Shown: positions 49,601 through 59,073, counted from the stretch's first letter. The stretch: DNA of 64,000 bases from an uncultured candidate division Zixibacteria bacterium (GCA_963713865.1 OY970208.1:1760001-1824000); one strand, 5' to 3'. The notes: generated by a model from the sequence alone, not told the origin. A program made the numbers and translations.

Positions 49601-52483
49601 ATTTTTATCAGCCGGGCCAGTAACAACCGGCGGGCTGTTTACGGACTTGGTAACTATAACGGTATCCTTGTCTAAGGCACCGCAGGAGTCGGTTACCGTT
49701 ACGATGATGGTATCCGGCACAGAAGTAGTAGCAGTATAATAGACTGAATCGCCGGACAGCGTGCCCTTATTGGTACTCTTGGACTGGATGTTGTTGTCGG
49801 TATCAGAGAAAGTAAACGGCTTCACGCTAATCGTAGCCGGCAGTGAGCAGAGGGCGATATTTTTATCAGCCGGGCCAGTAACAACCGGCGGGCTGTTTAC
49901 GGACTTGTTGACTATAACGGTATCCTTGTCTAAGGCACCGCAGGAGTCGGTTACCGTTACGATGATGGTATCCGGCACAGAAGTAGTAACAGTATAATAG
50001 ACTGAATCGCCGGACAGCGTGCCCTTATTGGTACTCTTAGACTGGATGTTGTTGTCGGTATCAGAGAAAGTAAACGGCTTCACGCTAATCGTAGCCGGCA
50101 GTGAGCAGAGGGCGATATTTTTATCAGCCGGGCCAGTAACAACCGGCGGGCTGTTTACGGTCACCACCCAGGTAGCAGTATCATAATCTACTACTCCACA
50201 GGCATCAGTTACTTTATAGATGAAGTTATATGTACCAGCAGTTGTTGGTGCCCATTTCTGAGCTCCGGTTAAAGGAGAGGTGCCATTAATCGTGGTAAAA
50301 CTACCAGGGCCTGAGATCTTCTCCAAAGTGAGGTTCTGACCTGTATTCGGATCTGTTGCGCTAACATTGAAATTAACGCTATCGCCCGGATTACATATGA
50401 ACTTGTTATTATCCGGTGCAGTTACAGTTGGTGGAGAGTTTATAGTGATAACATAAGTTGCAGTATCAAAATCATATCTACTGCACTTGTCCACTGATTT
50501 GAAAATAAATTCATAAGTCCCACTGGCAGTTACATAATATTTCAACACACCTGAAAGAGGTGGATAACCGTTGAGCATGTTGAAAGTCCCTGGACCAGAG
50601 TACTTATATAAGGATATGGTATCATTAGGATTACCATCCGTGGCTGTAACTGTGAATCTTATGGTGTCAGGACCGCATAAAAACTTATTTGAATCCGGTG
50701 CAGAAACGACTGGAGGAGGATCTAAAGATATTATCCAGGTAGCAGTATCATAATCTACGGCACTACAAGCATCCGTTACTTTATAGATGAAGTTATATGT
50801 GCCTGCAGCTGATGGTGCCCATTTCTGAGTTCCGGTTAGAGGAGAAGAACCATTTACTGTTGTAAAACTACCAGGACCTGAAACCTTTTCCAAGATCAGG
50901 TTCTGACCTGTATTCGGATCTGTTGCATTAACATTGAAATTAACGCTATCATTCGTATAGCATATAAATTTGTTGCTATCCGGTGCTGTTACTGAAGGCG
51001 GTGAGTTAAAAGAGATAACCCAAGTAGCAGTATCCTTATCAGTAGCACCGCATTTATCTGTTACAGTATAGATATAATCATAAGTTCCCGCAGAGTTAAT
51101 ATAGATTTTAATATTGGCAGATAAGGGTGAAAGTCCCTTAATCGGAGTAGCTATCCCGGGACCAGAGAGAGTTAGAGTATCACCAGAGTTTGGATCAGTG
51201 GCAGTAACGGTGAACCGGATGGTATCCGGTCCACAGAAGAACTTGGATGAATCCGGGCCGGTAACAACCGGCGGGCTGTTTACGGTCTTGGTGACTATAA
51301 CGGTATCCTTGTCTAAGGCACCGCAGGAGTCGGTTACCGTTACGATGATGGTATCCGGCCCGGAAGTAGTAGCAGTATAATAGACTGAATCGCCGGACAG
51401 CGTCCCTTTACTGGTACTCTTAGACTGAATGTTGTTGTTGGGGTCAGAGAAAGTAAACGGCTTTACGCTAATCGTAGCCGGCAGGGTGCAGAGTGCGATA
51501 TTTTTATCAGCCGGGCCAGTAACCGTTGGAGCAGAGTTCATCGTAATAATATAAGTGGACGTATCATAATCAACCTTGCCACATTTATCTGTGGCTTTGA
51601 AGATGAAATTATAAGTCCCACTGGCTGTCACATAGTATTTTAACAAACCGGATAAAGGAGAGGTACCAGTTACAGTATTAAAAGTCCCTGGTCCTGAGGT
51701 TTTTTGTAATGTCAGGCTGTCACCAGCATCTATATCTGTAGCAGTAACGGTAAACCTGATTGTGTCAGGGTTACAAAGTATTTTGGTTGAGTCGGGAGCA
51801 GTTATCACCGGCGGGTTACCAAGAGAGATTGCACCCACAATCATATCATTGTGATCCATGTTAGCATCGGTGTGGTCATCGTCGATATAGATGAGATAGT
51901 CAAAGTCTCCGCTGGTAGTGAAATCTTCAGTGAAGGTGTCAAAGAAATATGTGGCACCAGTCCCTTTAAAGGCACTCACATCATAAACCATGAACCACTG
52001 GTGTTCACCGACAGTCGACCCCCGGGTTAGCATTCTTTCACTAAACAGATAAGAATCGTTGCCATCGTAATGTCCGTTACCATTCTGGTCGTTGAGAAGC
52101 CAGAGACCAATCCTGGCCCCGGCAGTAATATTGGTAGTGTCTTTAGCACCGGCAGCGTCTGGGCCACTGAACACCAGCACCGTGTTGTGCCCAACTCCCA
52201 AATCGGTGTAGTAGCCAAAGCGATTGACATTGTCCCACTCAGTGTATTCTTGTAGAAGCTTCCACTCCTGCTTGCCACTACAGAAGCTAATCAGAACATC
52301 CTGCTGGCTAGAAGCCAGGGGAGTCTGTAAATTGCCATTTACGTACAAACTTGGTACGGCTCCAGTGGTGTTAGGTAACTCTACATACCGGGAGTCAGCT
52401 CCTAAACTCTCCGTCACATTGAAGACCCATAGGAATAAGGTTAAGATATATACGAGTCCAAATAGCTTTAGCTTTTTTCTCAT
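46673..52483 (-). CDS. 1936-aa secreted protein: DUF4114-like N-domain, tandem Ig/cadherin-like repeats, cohesin-like domain, divergent dockerin, FlgD/T9SS-like C-terminal domain
   Basis: Signal peptide; NSPPVVT..D repeats; NPGDTVSVPILL; RGDINLN/TDINADG; NYPNPFNP. Confidence 0.88.
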   Translation of the reverse strand: MRKKLKLFGLVYILTLFLWVFNVTESLGADSRYVELPNTTGAVPSLYVNGNLQTPLASSQQDVLISFCSGKQEWKLLQEYTEWDNVNRFGYYTDLGVGHNTVLVFSGPDAAGAKDTTNITAGARIGLWLLNDQNGNGHYDGNDSYLFSERMLTRGSTVGEHQWFMVYDVSAFKGTGATYFFDTFTEDFTTSGDFDYLIYIDDDHTDANMDHNDMIVGAISLGNPPVITAPDSTKILCNPDTIRFTVTATDIDAGDSLTLQKTSGPGTFNTVTGTSPLSGLLKYYVTASGTYNFIFKATDKCGKVDYDTSTYIITMNSAPTVTGPADKNIALCTLPATISVKPFTFSDPNNNIQSKSTSKGTLSGDSVYYTATTSGPDTIIVTVTDSCGALDKDTVIVTKTVNSPPVVTGPDSSKFFCGPDTIRFTVTATDPNSGDTLTLSGPGIATPIKGLSPLSANIKIYINSAGTYDYIYTVTDKCGATDKDTATWVISFNSPPSVTAPDSNKFICYTNDSVNFNVNATDPNTGQNLILEKVSGPGSFTTVNGSSPLTGTQKWAPSAAGTYNFIYKVTDACSAVDYDTATWIISLDPPPVVSAPDSNKFLCGPDTIRFTVTATDGNPNDTISLYKYSGPGTFNMLNGYPPLSGVLKYYVTASGTYEFIFKSVDKCSRYDFDTATYVITINSPPTVTAPDNNKFICNPGDSVNFNVSATDPNTGQNLTLEKISGPGSFTTINGTSPLTGAQKWAPTTAGTYNFIYKVTDACGVVDYDTATWVVTVNSPPVVTGPADKNIALCSLPATISVKPFTFSDTDNNIQSKSTNKGTLSGDSVYYTVTTSVPDTIIVTVTDSCGALDKDTVIVNKSVNSPPVVTGPADKNIALCSLPATISVKPFTFSDTDNNIQSKSTNKGTLSGDSVYYTATTSVPDTIIVTVTDSCGALDKDTVIVTKSVNSPPVVTGPADKNIALCSLPATISVKPFTFSDTDNNIQSKSTNKGTLSGDSVYYTATTSVPDTIIVTVTDSCGALDKDTVIVNKSVNSPPVVTGPADKNIALCSLPATISVKPFTFSDTDNNIQSKSTNKGTLSGDSVYYTVTTSVPDTIIVTVTDSCGALDKDTVIVNKSVNSPPVVTSPADKNIALCSLPATISVKPFTFSDTDNNIQSKSTNKGTLSGDSVYYTVTTSVPDTIIVTVTDSCGALDKDTVIVNKSVNSPPVVTSPADKNIALCSLPATISVKPFTFSDTDNNIQSKSTNKGTLSGDSVYYTATTSVPDIIIVTVTDSCGALDKDTVIVNKSVNSPPVVTSPDSTKFLCTSGVIGFTVTATDPDPGDTITLEGSGIPTPKKGVNNVSANVQFNITSSGTYNYVYKVTNGCGAADYDTATWIITINSLPTLVVPQTISACLGDTAKFAVKGDDPDKDYNITLEKLSGVGDFPPRNGKPPLTGEWSWIPSPSDTLNNPHKVVFRVTDHCGAYVIDTVYVTVQNCACDIYVKIGEVDCANPGDTVSVPILLKTSTPIGGFDLRIEFDPTIFYFLNVTRGDGLSADWEYFTYRQLPCPMCGCCKYKLLLLGFYDIKDLHAGIPIEPNSDYVELARVKFKVANDNNLRGFFTNVCFEWDEGECTQNTFSDPTGYILYVSSNPEEFNYAECDTQYHPGNEVLNRVCFEPCGGVLICTTGKKVRGDINLNLIAYDPADLTLFSSYFIYGTSVFTIDPPVQIANTDINADGYPLSLSDFILMIRIILNDASAIPKPTPGSDLATIYVSQGKVSTNANLGAALFTFKGEGKVSSNLTFEQGVVDGNMKVLVYMNSGAGLTGELLTVSGATLDKIEAVDNFGRPVKTTLVNKVIPTAFALYPNYPNPFNPTTNISFALPEDSRVSLKIYNLSGQIVKTVIDANLPAGTFTVIWDGINSSDERVASGIYFYKLTAGNYSQTRKMCLMK
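48588..50160. repeat. Six near-identical tandem 258-bp coding repeats (a seventh, more diverged copy starts at 51261)
   Basis: GTAACAACCGGCGGGCTGTTTACGG at 48588, 48846, 49104, 49362, 49620, 49878, 50136 and 51261. Confidence 0.97.
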
Positions 52484-52529
52484 TTTTTTTCCCTTGGTTA
52501 GGGGTTATATATATTTAACATCATATTAT

Positions 52530-52545
52530 CGCAATTTAAGTGCCG
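52530..52545 (-). promoter_or_regulatory. Putative sigma54 promoter of the 1936-aa gene
   Basis: Minus strand CGGCACTTAAATTGCG (GG-N10-GC), 46 nt upstream of the ATG. Confidence 0.7.
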
Positions 52546-53182
52546 ATTTAACCAGAACAGTTATCAATTTTTTTCATCTGCATATCTATTTGTCAATTAA
52601 CGATATATCGAACTGTTTTAAAATCACAAAAGAATGTCTCAAAATGCTATGCATGATAAATCACAAAAACTGAAAAATATTTCAATATTACACTTAAGCT
52701 AATTTCTAAAAGAACAAATATTTTACTCATAAATAAATAAAAAAAGATAAAACTACACACTTGAGATTTTTAAAATCTTTTTTGAGGACTTAAAATTTTC
52801 TAAAAAGAGGTAACGCCTTACACCTTTTACACTTGCAATATAATCTGCCATTTTTTTTTGTCAAGGATTTTCTTTATATTTCCAAACTTTTTTTATTAAA
52901 ATAATTTTGTAGCTAACTGATTGTATATCTACGGCTTACCTTTTCCAACCTCAGGAGTTTACTTTACATTAATATTTAATGCTAGTTAGGTCTAATAAGA
53001 TTTTCAGATAATCCGTTATAAACTGAAATAATTCTTGACAAAATTTAGCATTTGGATTATTTTATTTTAAAAGAACAATGAAGCTGATCTTTTCGACTAA
53101 TCTTTAACTAAGGAGAACAATTTAAAAACTGCTTTTTACTTATGAGTGTAATATTTTAACCTAAAGGACAAGGAGGTTTAAG

Positions 53183-55132
53183 ATGAAGAAGGTCGTAATA
53201 GCTTTTGGGGTGATATTGCTTGTTCTCTTTCCTTACTTTGCCAAAGCTCAGGATCCTGGTGTGGCTGATACAGCTATAGTGCAGTGTTTAGAGAAGGTCA
53301 GGCCTAATTCCCAGGTAATTTTGAACGTTTATATAATTAATGATGAACACTTAGGTGGATTTGCGATCCCTATTGCCTTTCCGGATTCCGCTACTAATCT
53401 GGATATCATTTGTGATTCTATAAGCTTTGTAGGCACAAGAGCGGCTGATGCTGGCATTAAAAGCGATACGGCATATATAAATAATGCCAAAAACAGGCTT
53501 CTTATTTTTGCGGCCTGGATTGGAGGAGATTTAGCTCCAGGGAATGGTTCGGTTGCCAAACTATTTTTCAGAACCGGTCCTGCCTGGGATTCAACCATGT
53601 ATGTTAAAGTTGATTCCATTTTATGGCCTCCTATTTCCAGTTTAGAATTCACCAAGACGGATGGTAATGGATTCTTACCTGCTTTTATTAAAGGATGTCT
53701 GGGTAAGCCAGCTGTTCCCACCATTACAGTTTCCTCTCCCAATGGAGGGGAGAACTGGAGAGTGGGAAGTGTACATGATATAACCTGGAGTTCTCAAAAT
53801 TTTACCGGGAATGTAAAAATAGAATATTCCACCAATGCCGGTTCAACCTGGATTACAATTATCTCAAGCACAGTTGATGATGGGGTCCATCCCTGGGCTA
53901 TACCTAACGCACCTACAACTCAAGGCAGGGTAAAAGTCTCAGGCGCAGCCACTGGAACTCCATCTGATATAAGTAATGCTAATTTTACCATAAGCACTGC
54001 TCCCGTTATTACTGTTCCAGGTATGCAAACTGTCTTATGCGATACTCTCAACTGTGATACTCTTCGTTTTGAAGTCTATGCCACAGATGGGGATCCTGCA
54101 GATATCCTGACTATTACCAAATACGGGGTAGGAGATTTTTATACCGTACCTCATCCAACCCCTGATACTGGATTCTTGAACTGGGTGCCAGTGCCTGCAG
54201 ATACTGGGACCGGGGTTGGGATATATATAGACACCTTCGTAGTGAATGATGGGACAGGTTTAGCTGATACTGATATGGTTACGATTAAGGTAAAACCTCG
54301 CCCGGTTGTTCCTCCCTCAGGTAACGAAGGTGACGTAAATGGAGATGGAAAAATTAATGTTACTGATGCAATCTTTCTGGTTAATTTCCTTTTTAAAAAT
54401 GGTCCTGAACCAAATCCACCCCCAGCCGGGGATATTAATGCTGATTGTGTTACCACTGTGTCAGATATAGTTTACTTGATTAATTATCTATACAAGGGAG
54501 GTGCTGCTCCAAAGATCAGGTGTAACCCGGGCGATATAGATTATGATGGGTATGTGAATGTTCCAGACGTAATCTATTTTATCAATTATCTCTTCAAGAG
54601 TGGACCTGCTCCCAGATCTATGAAATCCTCAGATGTGAATGCGGATTGCTCTGTGGATATCGTGGATTTGATCTATCTGATAAATTTTCTTTTCCGAGGA
54701 GGTCCTATACCTCAGCCCGGCTGTGTGGAGCCTATGTATAAAGCTATTCCTCCAGCCTTAGCAGAAGTGGAACTTTTTGAACCAAAAGAGGTAAGCGGAA
54801 TCATAGAGATCCCTGTTAATTCGAACTTTGATCTTCCTGTGGCTGGTGTTCAGATCCTGATAGAATTTGACCCATCTCAATTTGAACCTTTGGATCCGAT
54901 TTTGACAGAGAGGAGCCAGAACCTTTCACTCTTCTCCTCTTATAAAGATAATCATCAGATAATGGGGTTGCTCGATTTACAAGGACAAAATTACATTCAG
55001 CCCGGTACCGGTTCAATCGCTACTCTAAAATTTAAACCTAAGATAGCTAATTACGATTTGAGCCGTTTGAAGATTTCTGAGGCAATCCTGGTGGATAGTG
55101 AAGCTAATACTCTTCAGACTACAATTAAATGA
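53183..55132 (+). CDS. Secreted protein: cohesin-like, Ig-like domains, two tandem dockerins, cohesin-like
   Basis: GGAGG RBS; signal peptide; SPNGGE; four DxN/DxD Ca-loop plus YLINYL repeats; IEIPV...GVQILIEFDP. Confidence 0.85.
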   Translation: MKKVVIAFGVILLVLFPYFAKAQDPGVADTAIVQCLEKVRPNSQVILNVYIINDEHLGGFAIPIAFPDSATNLDIICDSISFVGTRAADAGIKSDTAYINNAKNRLLIFAAWIGGDLAPGNGSVAKLFFRTGPAWDSTMYVKVDSILWPPISSLEFTKTDGNGFLPAFIKGCLGKPAVPTITVSSPNGGENWRVGSVHDITWSSQNFTGNVKIEYSTNAGSTWITIISSTVDDGVHPWAIPNAPTTQGRVKVSGAATGTPSDISNANFTISTAPVITVPGMQTVLCDTLNCDTLRFEVYATDGDPADILTITKYGVGDFYTVPHPTPDTGFLNWVPVPADTGTGVGIYIDTFVVNDGTGLADTDMVTIKVKPRPVVPPSGNEGDVNGDGKINVTDAIFLVNFLFKNGPEPNPPPAGDINADCVTTVSDIVYLINYLYKGGAAPKIRCNPGDIDYDGYVNVPDVIYFINYLFKSGPAPRSMKSSDVNADCSVDIVDLIYLINFLFRGGPIPQPGCVEPMYKAIPPALAEVELFEPKEVSGIIEIPVNSNFDLPVAGVQILIEFDPSQFEPLDPILTERSQNLSLFSSYKDNHQIMGLLDLQGQNYIQPGTGSIATLKFKPKIANYDLSRLKISEAILVDSEANTLQTTIK

Positions 55133-55160
55133 GTAGCCTTTAGAAATCCGAATAAACTAA

Positions 55161-55197
55161 AAATAGCCTTCCTGGAAAATTACCAGGAAGGCTATTT
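55161..55197 (+). terminator. Intrinsic terminator
   Basis: AAATAGCCTTCCTGG...CCAGGAAGGCTATTT. Confidence 0.8.
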
Positions 55198-55364
55198 AAA
55201 TTGTTACCTGTTTTTTCAAGCAGGCTTACACTCAAGCATAAAAAAATACAGGGCAGTCCCGCATTTTGCGGGATCGCCCTGCTGGAACTGAAAGAACTAA
55301 TTGGGCCTTCTGCCCGATTATTATATCGGAAGAAGAAAGGTTAAACTTAATAACTGTTGAATAT

Positions 55365-55390
55365 AAAAAAGCCCCCGTAGGGGGGCTTTT
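55365..55390 (-). terminator. Intrinsic terminator of the small metal-binding ORF
   Basis: AAAAAAGCCCCC-GTAG-GGGGGCTTTT. Confidence 0.8.
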
Positions 55391-55407
55391 AGGCAGACGG
55401 GAACTTT

Positions 55408-55572
55408 CTATTTCTTCTTGGGCTTCATCACTTCACCACAGCACATCAGAGTGCTGGTTCCAATCCCGGCTTTGGTGATTGCTACCTCCATCCCGCAAGG
55501 TACGCAGTAATAGACCTTCTTTGCCTTTTTAGGAGCCACTTTTTTACGGGCAACTTTTTTCTTCATAACCAT
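55408..55572 (-). CDS. 54-aa Lys-rich desulforedoxin-like metal-binding protein (not in ORF track)
   Basis: MVMKKKVARKKVAPKKAKKVYYCVPCGMEVAITKAGIGTSTLMCCGEVMKPKKK; GGAGGTGA RBS; own terminator. Confidence 0.85.
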   Translation of the reverse strand: MVMKKKVARKKVAPKKAKKVYYCVPCGMEVAITKAGIGTSTLMCCGEVMKPKKK

Positions 55573-55860
55573 CTATCTCACCTCCCTCAAAGGAGTGTTA
55601 TTAAAATACTTGAAATCAAAGTAATAATAGTCAATCATTTTAAAATAAACAAGAGCTAATTTTAAACATATTAAATATGTTTAAAAGATATTTTGACTGA
55701 AATTGAGATATAACGGTATGGTTTTCATTCAGAAAGCTATTAGGATAGATTAAAAAACTAATTGATTTTTAAAAATTTTTGATTAGATTAGTATTAGCTT
55801 TGATAGTAATCTAAACCTTCTGGTTTAGATATCTCCATCAATTGAACTACAGGTTTTAAG

Positions 55861-58233
55861 ATGAATTTACCTTTAATAGAGATTTTCTTCTCGCTGATTT
55901 TACTCCTGCTCTGGTTTACTTTAGTAAATTTGAGAGACAGGTATTTAGAACTCAACCTCAAAGGATGGGGTGAGATGAGCTTGGGTGTCTTTTTTATTTT
56001 CGTAGGAAGCCTGTTAGAATTGAGTGAGAATATCCCTGAGATTCAACCTTATCTATCTGTAAAAAATATGGCATGGGGAGAGTTCTGCAAAATAGCTTTA
56101 TATGTTACAGGTATTATCCTGGTCAGCTTCAGCCCCATAAACTGGCTACCAGCCATTCTAAATGAAAGAGATAGATTTAAGAAAATAAGAAGAAAATATG
56201 TGGAAATAAATTCTTTTTTATCGGAGCTGGATAAATCATCTAATCAGGTTGAGGTTAAAGATGCCTTGAGCTCCCTGCTTGACTTTTCCCTGACATATCT
56301 TTGCCAAGAACTCAAAGCAGAATCTGGAGCAATCTTCCTTTTCAATGATTTTGAAAGGGAGTTAGCCTTAACACATTCCCTGGGTTTAGCCCCAACGATT
56401 AAAGAAAATGTCAAGAAAATAATGAAAGAGGTAAATATTTTCAAACGTGCTCTAAAGGGTAATTGTGTTGAAACCACAAATGAACTCATAAATTCTGAAC
56501 GAAAATTAGCACTGGCAGTAAAAGATGATAATTTAGAATCCTGTATCTGCATTCCTCTTTATTCAAACGAAGAGCCTATAGGTGTAGTCTCACTGTTCTC
56601 TATGAACAAATATCTTTTTGAAAATCCCGATTCTGAGAATTTATTAGAATGGGCAGGGGTTTTAGGGAGAAGAATCCAGGGATTGCTAATAATAGAGAGA
56701 TTAGAACAACAAAAGAGGGAATTAAAGATAGCCCGGGAGAAAGAGAGAGCACTCAGACTTATAGCAGAAAATTTAGTTGAAGATAATTTTGAAGAGGTAT
56801 TTTCTCGTATAGTAAAAACCGGCGCAGAAATATTTCATCCTTGTGATTGTAAAATTTATCTTCGGGAAGGGGACACTTTATTTTTAAGAGCTACTTCGCA
56901 GACCGAATTTTCAAGAGCTGAGATCTATTTACCTGGATATTGCTGGTTTAAAGAGGCAATGGAAGATAATGAAATAAAATTTTTATCGGATGAACAGGAT
57001 CCAGAACTGAAGGTCAAAGGGGTCAAAAAAGTTGTAGCGATTCCTCTTAAAATGAAAGATAAAGCTTCCGGGTTAATCGTTTTTGAATGTAAAACCAAGC
57101 AAGATAGTCTCTCTTTGTCTGAGCTGGACTTTGTTAAAACCTTAGCTCTACAGGCTACAGTTGCCCTGGAGGGGATTATCTTAAATCAGATCTTGGAGAA
57201 GAAGGAAAAGATGATCATCTCATTTTTAGATTCATTGGAGGATCGAGTAACAGTTCATGATAGAAATCAGAGAATTATTAAAATAAATAAAGCTGGTTTA
57301 AAGCTTTTGGATCTGACCGAGGAAGAGGTATTGGGAAAGAATTGTTTTCAGGTGCTATATCAACAAAACCAGCCTGAAGTCTGCCCCTGTTATCTTACTT
57401 TCAAAGAGAAAAAGCCTTATTTCAAACAGATTAAATTGGTTAATGAAAAATCAAAAGATGAAGGATTATTAAAAATCTGGACCTATCCTTTACTGGATGA
57501 TAAAGGGGAGGTGGAGATGGTGGTGGAATATGCCAAATTTGAAAAAGTTCCGGGATCTCTGTCTAAAACAGATAAAGGTAAAAGGGAAGTTTCCAGAGAG
57601 TTCTTCAATGACCTGAATAATATCTTAGCCGGGATTTTAGGCAATGCTGAGCTTATAAGGTTTCAGATTAAATCCTATAAAGATTTAGCTTTTAATACCA
57701 TTGCGGATCAGATGAGTTTGATAGAGGAATTAGTGATCGAAGGAAGCAAACTTATCCGTGAGGTAAAAGGCGAGACGGAGGAGATTCCAGAGAAAAAAAT
57801 GATCTCAGATAAAGAGATTGATATTACAGAAGAGAAGAGGATAGCGGAGAGTCTGAAGATTTTAGCTATAGATGATCAGAAGATAATCCGCGACCTTTTA
57901 GAGAGTATTCTACTGGGATTAGGGCACAGTATAAAAGTAGCTTCTTCAGGTAAAGATGGACTTGAGCTTTTCCAGCGTGATGGCTTTGATCTTGTGATAA
58001 CTGATCTGGGAATGCCAGAGATGTTTGGCTGGGAGGTCTCTCAAAGGGTAAAGGAGATAAGAAAAGAGACACCGGTGGTAATGATAACCGGCTGGGGTGT
58101 AAGTTTTGAGCAGGAGAAAATCAAGGAGTTTGGCGTGGACTATCTTTTGCCAAAACCTTTCAGGGTAGAGCAATTATCCAGACTTTTGGACCTGATCAGG
58201 GATGAGAAGATTCGGAAAAGAAATCAGGTTTGA
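55861..58233 (+). CDS. Membrane signalling protein: TM, two GAF, PAS, degenerate HisKA, REC (no HATPase)
   Basis: FFNDLNNILAGILGNAEL; AIDD, ITDLGMP, ITGW, KPF. Confidence 0.85.
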   Translation: MNLPLIEIFFSLILLLLWFTLVNLRDRYLELNLKGWGEMSLGVFFIFVGSLLELSENIPEIQPYLSVKNMAWGEFCKIALYVTGIILVSFSPINWLPAILNERDRFKKIRRKYVEINSFLSELDKSSNQVEVKDALSSLLDFSLTYLCQELKAESGAIFLFNDFERELALTHSLGLAPTIKENVKKIMKEVNIFKRALKGNCVETTNELINSERKLALAVKDDNLESCICIPLYSNEEPIGVVSLFSMNKYLFENPDSENLLEWAGVLGRRIQGLLIIERLEQQKRELKIAREKERALRLIAENLVEDNFEEVFSRIVKTGAEIFHPCDCKIYLREGDTLFLRATSQTEFSRAEIYLPGYCWFKEAMEDNEIKFLSDEQDPELKVKGVKKVVAIPLKMKDKASGLIVFECKTKQDSLSLSELDFVKTLALQATVALEGIILNQILEKKEKMIISFLDSLEDRVTVHDRNQRIIKINKAGLKLLDLTEEEVLGKNCFQVLYQQNQPEVCPCYLTFKEKKPYFKQIKLVNEKSKDEGLLKIWTYPLLDDKGEVEMVVEYAKFEKVPGSLSKTDKGKREVSREFFNDLNNILAGILGNAELIRFQIKSYKDLAFNTIADQMSLIEELVIEGSKLIREVKGETEEIPEKKMISDKEIDITEEKRIAESLKILAIDDQKIIRDLLESILLGLGHSIKVASSGKDGLELFQRDGFDLVITDLGMPEMFGWEVSQRVKEIRKETPVVMITGWGVSFEQEKIKEFGVDYLLPKPFRVEQLSRLLDLIRDEKIRKRNQV

Positions 58234-58410
58234 ATATTGATTAAAATATAACTGAGAATAAAACATCTAAAGGGGTACGTTGTCCGCCAAGGGCGGATGC
58301 CCCCACTTTTTCTTTGACAAACAATCTAAATTTACTTAAATTTTCCAACAAGATATAAGGGCGTATTTCAAATGCCATACCAACTAATAAATTTTAAAAC
58401 AGGGAAAAAA

Positions 58411-58716
58411 ATGTTAGCACAATTTAGTATGTTTCCTCTGGATAAGGGGAAGAGTTTAAGTAGATATGTGGCAGGGATAGTTGATTTGGTTGATAGAAGT
58501 GGGTTGCCTTATCAGGCTACTTCTATGAGCACTATCGTTGAAGGGGAGTGGGACAAAATTTTCAGCTTAATCAAAAAATGTCATAAAACCTTAAGAAAAG
58601 AATCAAATCGGGTTTATGTGGTAATCACCCTCGATGACCGGAAAGGAGCTAAGAACCGGATAAAAGGGAAATTGGATTCGATAGAAAATGTTTTGAAACG
58701 GAAAATAAAAAGATAA
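58411..58716 (+). CDS. MTH1187/thiamine-binding family protein
   Basis: MLAQFSMFP, SGLPY...M.TIVEGEWD, DDRKG. Confidence 0.88.
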   Translation: MLAQFSMFPLDKGKSLSRYVAGIVDLVDRSGLPYQATSMSTIVEGEWDKIFSLIKKCHKTLRKESNRVYVVITLDDRKGAKNRIKGKLDSIENVLKRKIKR

Positions 58717-58758
58717 TACCTTAAAAAATTCAAGACTCAAAAGTTTAAAAGTTTAAGC

Positions 58759-59073
58759 GTGGAAGATTTCATTGTCATACTCGTAACTGCTTCGTCTGAG
58801 GGGGAAGCTAAAAAGATTGCCCGGTCTTTAGTTGAGAAAAGACTGGCGGCTTGCGTTAATATTATTAAAGATGTTCAATCTGTTTTCAGATGGAAAGGTA
58901 AGATCTTAGATGAAAAAGAGCTGTTATTGATTATTAAAACCAGAAAAAAGCTGTATAAAAACGTAGAAGAAGAGATCAAAACTCTTCATGCTTACGAAGT
59001 GCCGGAGATAATCGCTTTGCCAATTATCTCAGGTTCTAAAGATTATTTATACTGGATTGATTCGGAGACTTAG
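58759..59073 (+). CDS. cutA: Divalent-cation tolerance protein CutA
   Basis: LVEKRLAACVNI, WKGK, HAYEVPEII. Confidence 0.95.
   Translation: MEDFIVILVTASSEGEAKKIARSLVEKRLAACVNIIKDVQSVFRWKGKILDEKELLLIIKTRKKLYKNVEEEIKTLHAYEVPEIIALPIISGSKDYLYWIDSET

Noticed and set aside
48423-49997. Series of 78-94 aa + strand ORFs, and a possible CRISPR-like periodicity
   Set aside because: They are antisense shadows of the 258-bp coding repeats; there are no unique spacers and no cas genes.
52833-52850. Second sigma54-like motif (minus strand TGGCAGATTATATTGCA)
   Set aside because: GG-GC spacing is 11 nt rather than the required 10.
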